Positions 25,501 to 55,109 of a DNA stretch of 64,000 bases are shown here, piece by piece. Numbering within the stretch: position 1 is the first letter of the stretch; every line of letters begins with the position of its first letter. The position numbers were made by a program, and so were the translations under genes. The notes under the pieces are model-generated. The model did not search any database. It was not told where the DNA came from and saw only the letters and a list, made by a program, of their open reading frames with translations. Source of the stretch: Podarcis tiliguerta. Taxonomy: Eukaryota. The stretch is taken from NCBI GenBank assembly GCA_965153285.1, contig OZ229111.1. The stretch is one strand, 5' to 3'.

Positions 25501-27254
25501 ACCACATGTTCAGTATTTGGGGTGCATAAAAGAGGTAAGAAGGGGCTTGTGGTATGAAACAACTGCAAGGTTAAAGATCTTCAGCCCCTTGAGATGAAGG
25601 ACAGTACTTCACATATTTCTGAAAGGAAAGATTCCCCAACTTTCTATCTGTAAAGAAAGAAAAGCAGAGGGGTAGCTATCCATCTTTCCTAGTCAGAGGT
25701 ATGGAAAGATTAAAGGGGATACCATATATCCAGCTTCTGAAAATGTCTAGTTTATCAGAGACTGCAGATCTGATTTTATTTTACTTATTTATTTTTTCAT
25801 CATATGGCTACTGCTACCATTTCAAAACTATTGAGGTTAAAAGCCCCACACAGGGGAGCAAAGAACAACTAGAATATTAGCCTACCTTCAGAATAAAAAT
25901 AGCTTTGTTCAAAGTGTCCCTAGGCAAATATCCATTTTTGAAAGCAATTTGTCTCATTTTACCCTTGAAGAGCAGCCCTGATAAAAGGCAACAGTCTGCC
26001 AAGGACAGTTTCTTATTTGGAACTACCACTGCAGATGTTTGAGTAGTCTTCCTTTTTTAAATGCACTTTAAAAGCTTCTGCATACTCGTATATGTACAAG
26101 ATATCTGTGTGCAGCAATCAGTGGCCCATTGCTTGTTCTAATCAGGAATCATCTGGGCAGAAGCTAATGTCATGCAGGCTGGCATCTTTGTAAGTCAACC
26201 CAATAAGCCCCAGACCAAATGCTTAGCTCTGGATTTCATCAGTGTACTAGGGGCATACAAATCTATGCCTTCACACAATGCCTTATAAGTAACTTAAAAC
26301 ATGTTAGACACCAGAAGTGGTCATAATCAAGCCCTCTTCCAACCAAATAAAATCAGGCACGGGGAGAATTGCAGGATACCACCCAGCCAACAACATTATA
26401 TTCTATTCCAAAGCCACTTCTGCAATTACCCCTGAAGCTGCATATGCTGTAACCATTACATAAAAGGACACCACTGATATTATTTGATCACAAAGACAGT
26501 AGGCCAGATTCAACTAACCAGTCTCCCTAGCAGAAACCTATCCAAGGACTTCAGCCAGCACAATGGGGCTTCTCTACCCCACCCCTCCCAAATTGGCTGG
26601 TGGAGTTCAGGGGACCCCCATAACATCATGTGGAGAGGGGAGATTGTTCCATCAAGCAAGCAGAAATCTCCTAAGCACTACATTACATTCCTCCTAATGG
26701 TCATAGTTACTATCCAGTGAAAACAAGCTGGTGGTGTAACAGTAAATTTAGAACTTCAGGAGCACAGAGGTGGTGGAAGTATTGTTGGTTAGGAAGTCAA
26801 GGGTTAGTGTCACCTTCCTTCACCTCCACTCTTGAGCTGCCAAAAAGGTTTCCACTGCACGAGGTTCTCTCTGTTTTTGTTGTAGGTATGCAAGAAGTTT
26901 TCATTTTTTCCAAATCTATGGTTAACAAAGAGACACATTTCCCTCAGGCACATTTCCATCGTTGCCTACTTATGCTAAGCGTTAAAGAGGAGATTAATTT
27001 TGTGAGGTAGCATGGTGTGGGGAGCACAAAGATGATGGTTGACTTAAAAATAACAAATAGGGGTTGGTAGAAGAAAGCTCTTCGTTTCAGTTTCTGAGCA
27101 TGCCAACTATCTTTTCCATTCTGTAATAAAATCACCCCATCTTTTCAGACCTCTTGACGGTACAGGGAAGAATCACAGCACCTTCCCTTCTGGTAGTTCA
27201 ATCATAACCCTGCATCCCTTCAGCGCAATGCTCACCTCTAGCTCTACATCTTTT

Positions 27255-27390
27255 AGGAACAAGTTAAAAAGCACAGGTCCCAAACTAATCCTTGGGGGAC
27301 TTCACTATTGACATCTCTCCCTTCGGAGAACTATCCATTTATTCCTGCTCTCTGCTTGCTGCTACTTAAGCAATTTCTGATCCACAGGAG
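27255..27390 (-). mobile_element. CR1 RT fragment
   Basis: Minus strand resembles the RT motif region S(G/E)VPQG.VLGPVLF; degenerate. Confidence 0.55.
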
Positions 27391-28269
27391 GACCCCTTAT
27401 GATTCCTTTTAGCCAATTTGGGTCCTTTTGAAAACATGGAACATGTTAATATGATATTGTACTCATCGGGGTCTCCTTTCCTACTAGCAAGAGGCACAGG
27501 GATTACAAACCCTGGTCCAAATAATCTGTAGCAAAGGCTTGTTATTGGCTTACTAGTTATGGTTCAAACAAACCATGTTTCCCAGTTTGAATGCTAATAT
27601 TAAGTCAGGGAGCATGGCTTCTTTCTTCCATATGCTAGCAGAGAGCAGCAAAGTAGGCGCCATCAACACATTCATAGTAGGTTAGTAACAATGGCTTATA
27701 TTGAGATCCAAATGCACCAATATGGGAAGGAGTCCTTAAGGAGGCTCATTGGGGCAGAGGCTAATAACCCTTGGAAAACAGCCAAGGAGATTGTTCCAGC
27801 GTCTCTTTGTGTGGTAGTGCCCCCTAATGGCCACATCCTACTGCTATGGTCTTGAAAAGTGGTGTGAGCATTTCCCAAGTCAATTTCTTCTGTTACAATA
27901 TGAATTTAAAAAAAATAATAATAGTTAGAATGGATTAGATTCAAGTAGTCCTCAACTTCTTCACAACTTCAGTTACCAGAAATTGGAATTTATCCCTCAG
28001 AAACACTGATTTCAGATTGTGAGCAAGTATTGTGCTCATGTACTGCCTCGTCTCTTTGACTGCTCCATTTCAATTAGTTACTACTTTTTCAGTTCAAACC
28101 TCAGTTTGTCATTACAGCTGAAGCAGAAAACTGGCTTGCACTTGCCTTCCAAGCTAATACTGCAAACTACCATGGCTTGGTGCTGAAATCCTATCGGGGG
28201 GCTAAGCTCAAACTACAGCTTGCCAGTTCTAGCGCCAAAGTAACTGTAGCCTAAGGTTATAGGCTCAGG

Positions 28270-28614
28270 ACTGCTAAACCTCAAGAACTGCTTCTCCCCA
28301 TATGAACTGACCTGAATCCTCAACAGAGGCTCTTCTTTGTGTGCCTCTTCTGCAAGAAGTCCAGAGGGCAGTAACACGAAAACAGGCCTTTTTTGTGGTG
28401 GCTCCCTGTTTGTGGAATGTTCTCCCCAAGGGAGGCTTGCCTGGCACCTTCATTACATATCCTTAGGTACCAGTCAAAAACATTCCTCTTCTCCCAAGCC
28501 GATGGCTAATTAAACAAACCTATGGGCCCTTTAAATTGGGGAGGGCTATTGTTTGTTTCTGTGGTATATTTTCGTAAAATGCCCTGTGATCCTCAGAAGG
28601 GCAGCACAGAAATT

Positions 28615-28667
<53 letters not shown>

Positions 28668-28687
28668 TAATAATAATAATAATAATA
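28270..28687 (+). mobile_element. L2 LINE 3' end with an expanded (TAA)n tail (28616-28687)
   Basis: RAFFVVAPCLWN-type L2 ORF2 end, L2-like 3' UTR and a ~72-bp TAA microsatellite. Confidence 0.7.
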
Positions 28688-30678
28688 TTTTCTAGCAACT
28701 AGGATGCATCTTTCCTAAGATGAGTTGATCCGCTATCAAGTTCTTCCTAGAAGTTAATTTCTGCAAATACTACTACACAATAAACATGGCTTACTTCCAG
28801 CTAAGTGAATATAGGATTATTCTATAACATTTTTAAAGGCTGTTGGTTATCTTAGTAGTTTTGTCACTGGGGCAGAACATTGGAAAGGGAGAGCAGTTTT
28901 TATTTTTTCCACTGCTCAGTTAGGAAAAATAATGATGGTATGCTTTTCCTTACTATTTTACCTATTAAATGGGGTTTTTTTGAAGTCACTTGTAAAATGA
29001 AATATTACTTTGTTATCTTAGGCTACAGGCCTAGGTTAACTCCTCTTAGGAATCAATCACTTATGCACACCAACCTGGGAGTAGACTCAGTGGAACTTAA
29101 GTGGAATTTATGCATCCAAAACACGCAATAATCAGGTCAAATAGAGATTGGTGGAAGCCTTGGAGCTGTGCTGATTTGCTGGGGAAATGCAGAATAACAT
29201 GGTCCTTTAGAGTACAAAGATGCTTTATTCTGGTTAAAGGAACCACGCTTTTATGCCTATGATGCAAGCACTTAATCCCCTTTGGCAGCTATTGTATACT
29301 GCCTCCTATAGTCTCTGAACAGCCATGTGAGCTAGTTTAGGCTGAGAGTTGGTGACTGGCACAAGGTAGAAACTGAGCAAAAGCAAGGATGAATTAAGCA
29401 AGTTTATAATGTGAAACTGCACATGCTCAGAGCATATTTATTTATTATTTTATTATTTATCAAAGCTGGCAATTTTTTATTTTGCAAACAAGAGTTATAA
29501 AACTACACATGTTCAAAACCTTTCTCATGCTGTAACAGAATGCTTTATTTAGTGGTATCTTATTTGATCCTTTTGAGAGGAAGGTGGTTCCAATGTTGGG
29601 AGCTGCACCAGGGGTCCTCAACCACCTTAATCTGGCCTTGAGTACTGGGTGAAGAGAAAACCAATCTAGGCTGTTGATGTCAGCTGACAAACAAGTATAT
29701 AGCATCTTATGTAGCTGCACTGTCAAAAAGGGCATGCTATACACTGTGCTTTCTGCAACACTGCCTGGTACCACAGCACTTCCTAGTTTCAGCAGCTACC
29801 ATGTGCTTTGCTTCACACATTATAAGTGACCAATGTCCTGGCCAATCATGACTCTCTTGCAGCCATGGTACATGTATTTTACAACACTGTATAATTATAA
29901 AACAACTCATGTTTGTAATGTGCACAGACAAAACACTTAGTACAAGCAGCAGCCCCGTGTTAGAACAGTACTTACAGAAGATTTCAATAGCAAGTGCCAC
30001 TTTGTATGAGCACTTGCAATCCTGAAATCTGTGCTGATGCTGGCAAGATAGATGGTATTATCCCCAGTTTGCCAGCGAATAGTACTGCAATAGACCATAA
30101 GAGGAAGCAAAGTCATTTCCCTCGAATTGGCACATTTTAGAAACATTTCAGATGGCATATTACTTCCTGAAGTCATACCGTTCCAAGGCAGCGAGTTCCC
30201 AGTTCACCTGTGCCGATTTTCATCCTGGGCTTCTACAGCTTGTTTCTGCGAGCTACAAAGATCTTCAGCGGCCCTTGCTGGCTTGGCTGCCTCCTCAGCG
30301 CAGCTTCTTTTGTGGGATTCCATCTGGCTGTGCTCAGTGCCAAGTGCCCAGATGCATTCCCCTGCCTCCTCCCCAATGCAGGCATCCTGGGCATATGGCA
30401 GAGCGTAAGCAGAAGGAATCAGTTATCAAACCACAAGATGATAACATAATGTCAGCAAACCTTTGGCTGGCCCCACAGGAGAAAAGGGAGGAAGGGTAGG
30501 CGGGAGAGAAAAGATTGTTACTGAACCACAAAAAAGGCTACTATTAAGAACATCACTGGAAACTAAGCAGAATGAATGAACAGAAATCCTGGCATCAGAA
30601 CTGGCAATATTGGGAAAATCAGCAAGAGCGCATTTCAGTCTCCCGGGACACTCCATAACTGACCTTAAGGCTGCTATA

Positions 30679-30904
30679 CAGTGGTACCTTGGGTTAAGTA
30701 CTTAATTCATTCCGGAGGTCCGTTCTTAACCTGAAACTGTTCTTAACCTGAAGCACCACTTTAGCTAATGGGGCCTCCTGCTGCCACCGCGCCACTGGAG
30801 CACGATTTCTGTTCTCATCCTGAAGCAAAGTTCTTAGCCAGAGGTACTATTTCTGGGTTAGTGGAGTCTGTAACCTGAAGCATATGTAACCCGAGGAACC
30901 ACTG
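30679..30904 (-). mobile_element. Tc1/mariner (Tigger-like) MITE
   Basis: TA|CAGTGGTACC...GGAACCACTG|TA; inverted relative to the copies at 36658 and 37476. Confidence 0.9.
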
Positions 30905-31704
30905 TACTGTATTGGAACTTCAAAGGGAGAATGCTACATGAAACAGATAAATTATGCTTCATCAAGAAGTTCGGTGCTATCACTTGTGGATAGAATGGAC
31001 ACAATGGACTTTTATCACACAATATATGCTATTTGATTTACCAATGCCAGAGCTTCTGTTAGCAACACAACTGTTGTTTTTTTGTGAACATCAACTGTTA
31101 ATAAGGTAATTATCACCATCTCTACTTTTTCACATTTCATTTCCTTCTGACCTCCCTGTTTACAACCCACACCAACCGTCTCTGCAACTAAGAGCAACAC
31201 TGAGTGCACCTGATTATGTGAACTGTAATCTACGAAAACTTATGTCACAATAAATCTGTTAGTTTTCAAGGTGCCACAAGAGTTTGTTGTTTTTAGTAGA
31301 GATAGTAACCCAACAGAATCAGAGTTGATCCCATGAAGCATGAGGATTCTATGGCACAGGACAGGAGGGTTCTGTGTGATTTCTGCTTCATGGTTTCTGA
31401 AACCTATTCCCAAACAAGACATAAAAGGGGTCTTATTTCTGAATAATTCATAACCATAACATTAGCTTACTGACTGGTAGCTCTGGAACTCCTTCCACCT
31501 GGATGCTCAAAGTCCAAACCGGAAGCATTAAAAAACTTTACATAGGCTGGAAGTTCTGCTGACCAAGACTGAGCCAATAGAGACAAAGCTTTCTTTCTTT
31601 TTACCTATATATTATGGGTCGAATTTGCACAGCAAACTGTGAAAATACACTCATACACGGAAATGTCTTAGGTTTTCACAGTACCGGTATATGCTGCTAA
31701 GAGC

Positions 31705-31826
31705 CATGGGCGTAGCCAGGATTTTTGTTAGGGAGGCAGGACCGACTGTCAGTTAAGTATTTCTATTGTTTTACTTGATTTGGGGAAGGCAGCTGCCCTT
31801 CTGCCCCCGCTTGGCCATCGCCCCTG
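31705..31826 (+). mobile_element. hAT-type MITE
   Basis: CATGGGCGTAGCC...GGCCATCGCCCCTG ends and a perfect 8-bp TSD CTAAGAGC; same family as 62901-63008. Confidence 0.8.
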
Positions 31827-32402
31827 CTAAGAGCCAGAGCAAAATAGGTGTCCCAAACTCCTCACAGTTTGTTATTACGCGATATAGGCTTTCATCCGAC
31901 ACACTTATTAAATTCTAGAGAAAGAGAGGTCCAAGATTAAAGCGAAGCAACACACACCTCGCAAATACAAGGGAAGCATAAGGCCACCAAAGCGCAAGCC
32001 TTCGGGGCGGAGCAAGACAAGCAGCCGTGTTTATACAGAGCGTAGCGCCACCTGCAGGGCTCGTAGAGAGTGGGCGCAAAACAAGGCTCCGTTCTAGCGA
32101 CATGATCGAATTACGCTAAACTGCTGCTGGGAATGGAAAGGAGGGTGGCCTGTCCTCCTGGTTTCCTGTGCTGCATCATGCACGAACATCTCGCCTGTCA
32201 AAAAATTCATAGCGGTCAAGTCAAAAGCAGCCCTGGTGAGGGAACAGAGAAAACGGCAAATGCAGGAGGATTGGGGGTTTATCCGGCATTACTTGCAAGT
32301 TTATCGCCGTCCCTAAAATTCATTGGTCTCTCTTTCTCTCTGTGTGCAGACAACCGGTTGAGAGATGCGTGTCCGGAATCAACTCTCACCCTTTCTTCTG
32401 TC

Positions 32403-32573
32403 CATAGCAGCCAACTCCTAGGGGCTGAGGTCCCTTCGCCCCCCCTAAAATATTTGAGCCCCCCCCAAAGTTAATAGGCATTGCCATTCAAATAGAGTGC
32501 GTGTGGTCGATTCCGCAGGGCGGGGCTTACCTGCCCCCCTAAAATAATTACAGTATTCCAATTGGCACCCCTG
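32403..32573. mobile_element. hAT-type MITE in the VCP-like promoter region
   Basis: Imperfect TIRs CATAGCAGCCAA...TTGGCACCCCTG; 8-bp TSD CTTCTGTC/CTTCTGTT. Confidence 0.6.
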
Positions 32574-33053
32574 CTTCTGTTATCCATTAAGCAAGAACGA
32601 GCGAACCGCAGACACGAGTGTGTGAACGAGGGAGGGGACCCCTTCACTAACGACTCCGGTTGTGTGGAGCCACACGAGCGTGTCAGCTGCCCTCATTCGC
32701 CAAAACAACAACAACAACAACAACAACGACGCCTGGCTGTTTATCTCGGCGGAGGCCCCGGCGGGGAGGCGGGCAGCAGCCTCCTTCGCTTGGGAAACTC
32801 CTGGCAGGGCCGTGCGGGGAGAGAGGGCGGGCCAGGCAGACGGGCAGGCAGGCAGGCGGCAAGCAGGGCGGGGGGCAGAGCTGGGCGGCTTTCCAAGTGT
32901 CGCGAGCGAGGCAGGCGAGGAGGGAAGCAGGGCACTCGGGCAGTGGCCGCGGGGGAGCCGGGGGACGCGAAGCAGCCGAGGCCTTGCAGCGGAGGACGCG
33001 AGCGGCACGCCAGGCCGGGGGAAGCCCCACGAAGGGCCTGCAGAGCAGCCAGC

Positions 33054-49438
<16,385 letters not shown>

Positions 49439-50069
49439 TTGTGCAGGAAATGCCTCCTTTTTGCTGGCACCATTTGCCCTGTATTCTCATAGTTATTGTG
49501 CTCTTTAATGTCAGGGCTGGTGCTTGAGCCCCAACTCCTACCCTCATCCTTGTATGTGGAATCTGAGCTACCAGAGGCAAACTCCTTGCCCCTGATTTGG
49601 GGGCCAGATGCCTCTTTCAGTGTTTGTGCCTGTCTCGGCCACTACCAGGAACCTCATGGCACCGACAGCCCTTGCATTTGTTGGGTGTCCAAGGCAATAC
49701 CCATGGAAGTCACCAGGGGGCAGCAAAAGCCTAAGCAGCTGGTGGATCAGAGGCAAAGGTCCATCTAGTCTGGCATTCTGTTTCCGCCAACCAGCCAGAT
49801 GCCTCACAGGGTGTAAAGCTGCCCACTTATCCCTTGATCTCATCTCAAACTGTCCCAAGCTGGTGCCTGCTCCTTGTAGCATATGTATTGATGGCTCCCA
49901 CTTTTTTAGAAACCAGGGAACAGGAGGATCCTTTTGCAAGCCGACCCAGCCTGCTCCCATTAGTCCTTTCTTATTCCACAGCAAAGACAGCTTTTGAAGC
50001 CTGCAGTTATGCATGAAGCCAATGAACTCCAGTTTGTGATACCAGTTGACAGAGATTTCTGGGTGTCTT

Positions 50070-50075
50070 AATAAA
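50070..50075 (+). terminator. Likely polyadenylation signal of the VCP-like gene (alternative at 50528-50533)
   Basis: First AATAAA I found after the stop codon, ~630 nt downstream. Confidence 0.55.
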
Positions 50076-50565
50076 CTGAAAGTGCATGCCCCTTATACTG
50101 GGAGGAATTTTATAAAAGCCTGAAGTGTAATGTCTTGTGTGTGCAGACTTCACATCTGCAGGGGCTGAGATGGCTGGGGCAGCAAGCTCCAGATTGGAAC
50201 AGGCAGGGCATGTTGGAGAGAGCGAGAGAGAGAGCTATGATTCTGCTTCTAATTCCCATCTACGCTAGGAAAACGTTGAACTTTCCCTTCTCCTGTTGTG
50301 CACATTTGCCATATTTCAGCCAGGTTTCCAGAGGCCCAATCACACATGCCCCATAGTCATCAACTAGTTCTAGGAGGAGGCAACGACAGGCAGAGCAGAG
50401 AAATCACAGAGTGGGAAAAGAGTAAACACACTATGAGATAAATGGAGAGCTCTGCCTACCAGATTAGTAGGGCTGACAGAGGCAGCTGACAGCAGGAATG
50501 CTGGGATTTAGTCAGTGACATGAAGACAATAAAGTGCAATAGGACAGAATGCTCCACAAAAATAC

Positions 50566-50571
50566 TTTATT
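50566..50571 (-). terminator. Likely polyadenylation signal of PTGER1
   Basis: TTTATT on + (AATAAA on -), ~1.5 kb past the PTGER1 stop codon. Confidence 0.5.
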
Positions 50572-52107
50572 ATAGAATGGTCAGCGCCAATCAACAGCTC
50601 TCTCAGGCCAGAGCACCAGCATGCAGTAGCCTAGATCCCCTGCCTGCATGATCCCTGCAGAACAAGCTTCTCAGGAGTTTCTCACTGTCCCCTGAAAGTC
50701 CCCGGAGGACCATTACCCTAAGTCCAGAGCATAACAGCAGCTGGAGGCACCCCACTTATGGTCTGTTGGCTAGTCCCACCTACCTCTCCCGTACAGTAGA
50801 CTACACTGCAGGGCCCTTGGCAGCCTCCCACCTAATTGGAATTCATGGTAAGCCAGATAGGCTTCCATCTGCCTGGTGCTCCACCAACTCTTTCCTGTCT
50901 ATGGAAGTAGCTCACTTATAAGTGCTCAGTTCCAGGAGGAGCTTCCTCGTTTCCCATGGAGGGTGGGAAGCGCTTTTGGTTATCACATTTCCAGCCCTCT
51001 CACCCCTTGAGCATCCCCATTTGCATGCAGGGGTTCCCTGGAATGACTAAGTTTATATCTAAATGATGTCCTGAGTCATCATTACCCTGTGCCCTAGCTC
51101 TGCTCTCCTGTTTTAGTAAAGGACATTATGCAGGGATTATTTTCTTTCTTGGACAGATATGCCGCTGCCTCTGAGGAAGGGTGCCGATTTATGTATGTGT
51201 TCCTTTGCACGGCACTGAACTGCAGCAGCCTCTAGAGTGGGATGTGGAAAGAACATTGTGGGCCCAGAGTGTCCAGGTCACCGCGGATTAAACATAATGC
51301 TGTATATCAACTGCAGCTGGATAATAAAATGCCTAAACCAAATTATCCAAGAAAGGATGCCAAAGGTCTCCCCCTCTATTTTTATCATCGCAGAAGTTGT
51401 CTCCTTGCCTAGTAATGAATCCACAAGCAAGCTTTATGCCCCTGAGAGGTTATCATTGAAATATGGAATTGGGGGGGGGGGGGCATCCGTGGATGCCATT
51501 GTGCTCTGAAGCACTGACAACTCACCACTTTGGACTAGAACACTAATAACAAGTCAAGGTTTCCATTCATACCACATAGCCTGTACCAAGAAAGTGTTGG
51601 GTACACTCAGAACACATTAATCATGGCTTTCCTCCCTGTCATCAACAAAATTACCAGAACATATGAAGCTGTTTTATACTGAGTCAGACCATTGGTTCAT
51701 CTAGCCTTGAGTGCTGGAAACTCCTGGATCTGAGCCACAGTTCTTCAGCCCTGCAGAACGGGTGGTGCCAGGAATTGAACCCAAGACACTTTTGTAAACA
51801 CTGCTGTGGGGCACACACACAAACACACACCCCGCCAAGAAAAGATGATCACAATTCCTTCACAAATCTCCAAAAAAAGATCCAGTGTCCCTTCTCCACC
51901 GTAAAGTCCCAACTAGGTAGGGAACTGGGCCCAGCAGCATGCTCTTCTCCACAATCTTGAATCCCATCGCTCTTTGGCCGAGAGGGTAAACAGAGAGTGC
52001 CATATCGGCTCCTTGCATACAGCACTACCATCCAAGGGCCCTGGATGCTGGCTGAATCCCAGGGGAGATAATTCTGCAAACAACGGAGAATGTGCAAAAC
52101 GTGCTCC

Positions 52108-52392
52108 TTAGGGGGTCTTCAGAGTAGAGGTTCTCCTGCTTGCTCCCGCCAGCCCTATACTGCGCTCAGAGCTTTGGAAGGAGCTGGCTTCCCAGCGGTC
52201 AAAGCGGACTCCCTTGAAATAAGGGCGCCGAATAACTAGAGCAAGCAGCTTGCGTAGCACAGCACGCCGAAGCAGGATATATACCCAGGGGTCTAGGATC
52301 TGGTTCCAGGAGGCTAGTCGCACACCCAGGAATAGCAGCTCCTTATAATTAAGGTCTCCATGGGCGTTGGTCACTGACAAGATGACAAAGAC
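52108..52392 (-). CDS. PTGER1: Prostaglandin E2 receptor EP1, last coding exon (TM7 and C-tail)
   Basis: ttcccag|GTC acceptor; VFVILSV...[27 protein letters not shown] is the EP1-type TM7 signature; TAA at 52108-52110. Confidence 0.92.
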   Translation of the reverse strand, partial: VFVILSVTNAHGDLNYKELLFLGVRLASWNQILDPWVYILLRRAVLRKLLALVIRRPYFKGVRFDRWEASSFQSSERSIGLAGASRRTSTLKTP

Positions 52393-53214
52393 CTGGGAAC
52401 AGAAAGAAGCAAGAATAGCAGTTAAGAGGATAGTAATTCTGCTGCGGCCTTGTATCCTACTCCCTGACCTCGGTGATCTTAACGAAAATTGGAAACGGAG
52501 AAATAGGAACTATGCACACACCAAACTGTCAGTATAGTCATTGCACCATCCTCACTCAACATGCCTACATTTGTTCCCTGATAAGAGCTTCCTAGTCTCC
52601 ATGGACTCATTAAAGGGACGGCTGCTTAGTTTGCTGCCTGGACTTTAAGAGAAGAAAGGACCTACCAAATCTGTTTCATGGAGGCCCATGCACCATAATA
52701 GTTTCATTAGCTGATGCTTTGGCCTCCTGGTGGTATTGACCTCCAGAAATCTTCCAATTATAATTTTCCCCAGGAAAGCACCTCTGTGGATCAGAGTCAC
52801 ATTACATCAGTGCCATTAGAACTTTGGTGAAGGGCCATAGCTTTAGATGTGAAAGGTTCCAAGCTCAATCTCTGCTATCTTCAAATAGGGATGGAAAAGT
52901 CCCCTGTCCAACACGCCACTGCCATGCAGTTTGGGCGAACTGAATCCCGTTCCTCATCAAGGCACTGCATGCCCCCCGCAAGATTCTATCCACCCATGCT
53001 GGAGACTTCACTGATGCTCACCAGCACATGAAAGTCCTGCTTTCATTCTATTGCTGCTACTCCTCCCTCCCAGCTGCATCTTAGACGTCCCAGCATTTAA
53101 GAACCTAATGGTCCACCTAGACCAGCATCCTGTTCTCACAACGAAAAATCAGATGCAAAAGCAGGACTATGATCTCCACTCATCTCCTCTCCTCTCCCAC
53201 CCCACCCCACTCAC

Positions 53215-54042
53215 CAGTAAGGGGCTCCAGCAGATGCAGGAAACCACCATGATCCCCACCAGCTGCACAACCATCTCAATGTCATGGGCTTTGGCCCGCC
53301 GGTGCCCACACTTGCGCTGACTGCGGAGCCGAGCCCGCACCAGGTTGAGTCCACTGAAGGTGTTGCAGAAGAGGGAGGCCACCAGCGAGGCCAAGCCCAG
53401 TGTGGAGAAGAGCAGGGCAAAGCCCACGTCGGGCCAAGCTTCTGCCTCTCGCACCTTGATGAAGCACCAGGTGCCTGGGGCCTGGACGACATAGCTCCCG
53501 AAGCTGCAGAGAGGCAGCAGGGCAATGGCGAGGGCAGTGCCCCACAGTCCCAGCAAGGAAAGTTTAGTCCGGCCCGGCGTCACCAAGGAAGCATGCAACA
53601 AAGGACGAGTGATGCCCACACAGCGCTCCACTGCCATGATGCAGCCCAGGAAGAGCGGGCACAGTCCGAAGAATACCATGGAGGCTCCAAAGAACTGGCA
53701 GAGGGATTTGGAAGGGTCCATCTTTTCCCAGTTGCTCTGTGTGGCATAAAGACGCAGCACGAAGGAGCCTGGAATGACGTGGCCTGCGAGGTCGGTGATA
53801 ACCAGGCTGCTAGCGTACAGCAGAAAGGTGGCCTTGGAGCGGCGCCGGAAGCGGGTGTAAGACTGCACCAGGATAGCCAAAGCCACCACATTGGAGACAG
53901 CACCCAAGGTCATAGAGAAAATGGGGGCGGCAGGTGAAGATGCCCTTGCAGAGCTCTGGATCTTTGTGGGCTCTGTGCAGCATGAGGAGTGGTTCACAGG
54001 TGACGCCTGTGAAGCATTGGGAGAGTGGATGCTGGACATCAT
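53215..54042 (-). CDS. PTGER1: Prostaglandin E2 receptor EP1, first coding exon (TM1-TM6, 276 aa)
   Basis: PIFSMTLGAVSN (EP1 TM1), MAVERC, PGTWCF, HDIEMVVQL and WSPLL|GTGAGT, the conserved prostanoid-receptor intron at the end of TM6. Exon acceptor at 54071-54072. Confidence 0.92.
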
Positions 54043-55109
54043 GTCAATGGCTACCTCCAGGTGCAGGCATCTGCAAGGGGAAAAGAGGTGTCAGAAACTA
54101 ACTTGAGGAGGTCCTTAAGAGGTAAGAAGTCTCCCTAAAAACATTTGCTTAGGGAACCCAGCACATTTCCCTAAAAAAATTCTCCTTTGCCCTGGATTCT
54201 GCTCTGGAGCAGAGGGAAGAAGCGTGCCTGAGGAGGTTGAAAGTGCACTTCCTGCCCACCAGAATCTTCCGTTGGGAGCTACAAATCCAGCAGATGAGAA
54301 TTGCTGTTCCTTCCCAGCTCCTACGGAATCCAAAGCAAGAAGAAGCCGGTTTTTATCCTGTCCCCTCAGTAATTACTTTTCTGACTATCAAACTGATTCT
54401 CCTTAAATCCTCTTTCGTCTTGCCATATAATCTGACTTTCCACCTTCCCATTCCTTGTGTTTCATGTCCTCAAATTTGCAAGGAAATGCTGGACAGAACT
54501 ATGTGCATTTTAGATACTTTAATTAAATGGTGATGGTGGTGATAAGGAAGGAGCCTGGGGGAGGGAGGGAGGGACCTTGAAAGACTTTAGCAACTGAAAG
54601 TCAAGGTGCTGCACCTACAGTGCTGAGGAACTAGAGCACTCTTGGCCTTTTTGTAAAGGAATACACTTGGTTGGTCCTTCCCCCAGCAGTTTTGGATCAG
54701 GGATTGTACAGAATGGAGACCCACACATGAGAGAAAATTGGGGAATACTAATTAGGAGAATTATAATACTGTGTCTCATTTTAACTAACATTTTTTGAAA
54801 TGTCATTTAAAGTTACTGTTTCTCCCACCACATTTTTGCCAGCTAAGAAATATAAATGGAATGCTGGTTAGTTTGTTATATTATCATTTTACATGTAAAC
54901 ATGATTAGCTTAATATAACAAACACAAAGCCTGCGACACATTCTTTATCAAGTTTTTGGATTGTACGTCATCACAAAATTAAACAAAAAAGCAAAACATG
55001 ATGAGGACAAGTTGGGTCTGTTCCTGGGAACTGGCATCTACTCTCTCAACGGTCATCAGATCTCAAACTTTCTGAAAACAAAACAGAAAAGCCTGTAATT
55101 TGTAATAAG

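Noticed and set aside
53284-53937. 217-aa plus-strand ORF
   Set aside because: Antisense shadow of the GC-rich PTGER1 coding exon.
52108-54042. Alternative identity as TBXA2R or PTGFR
   Set aside because: TM1 PIFSMTLGAVSN and TM7 [18 protein letters not shown] match EP1 better than TP (RVATWNQ) or FP (RMATWNQ).
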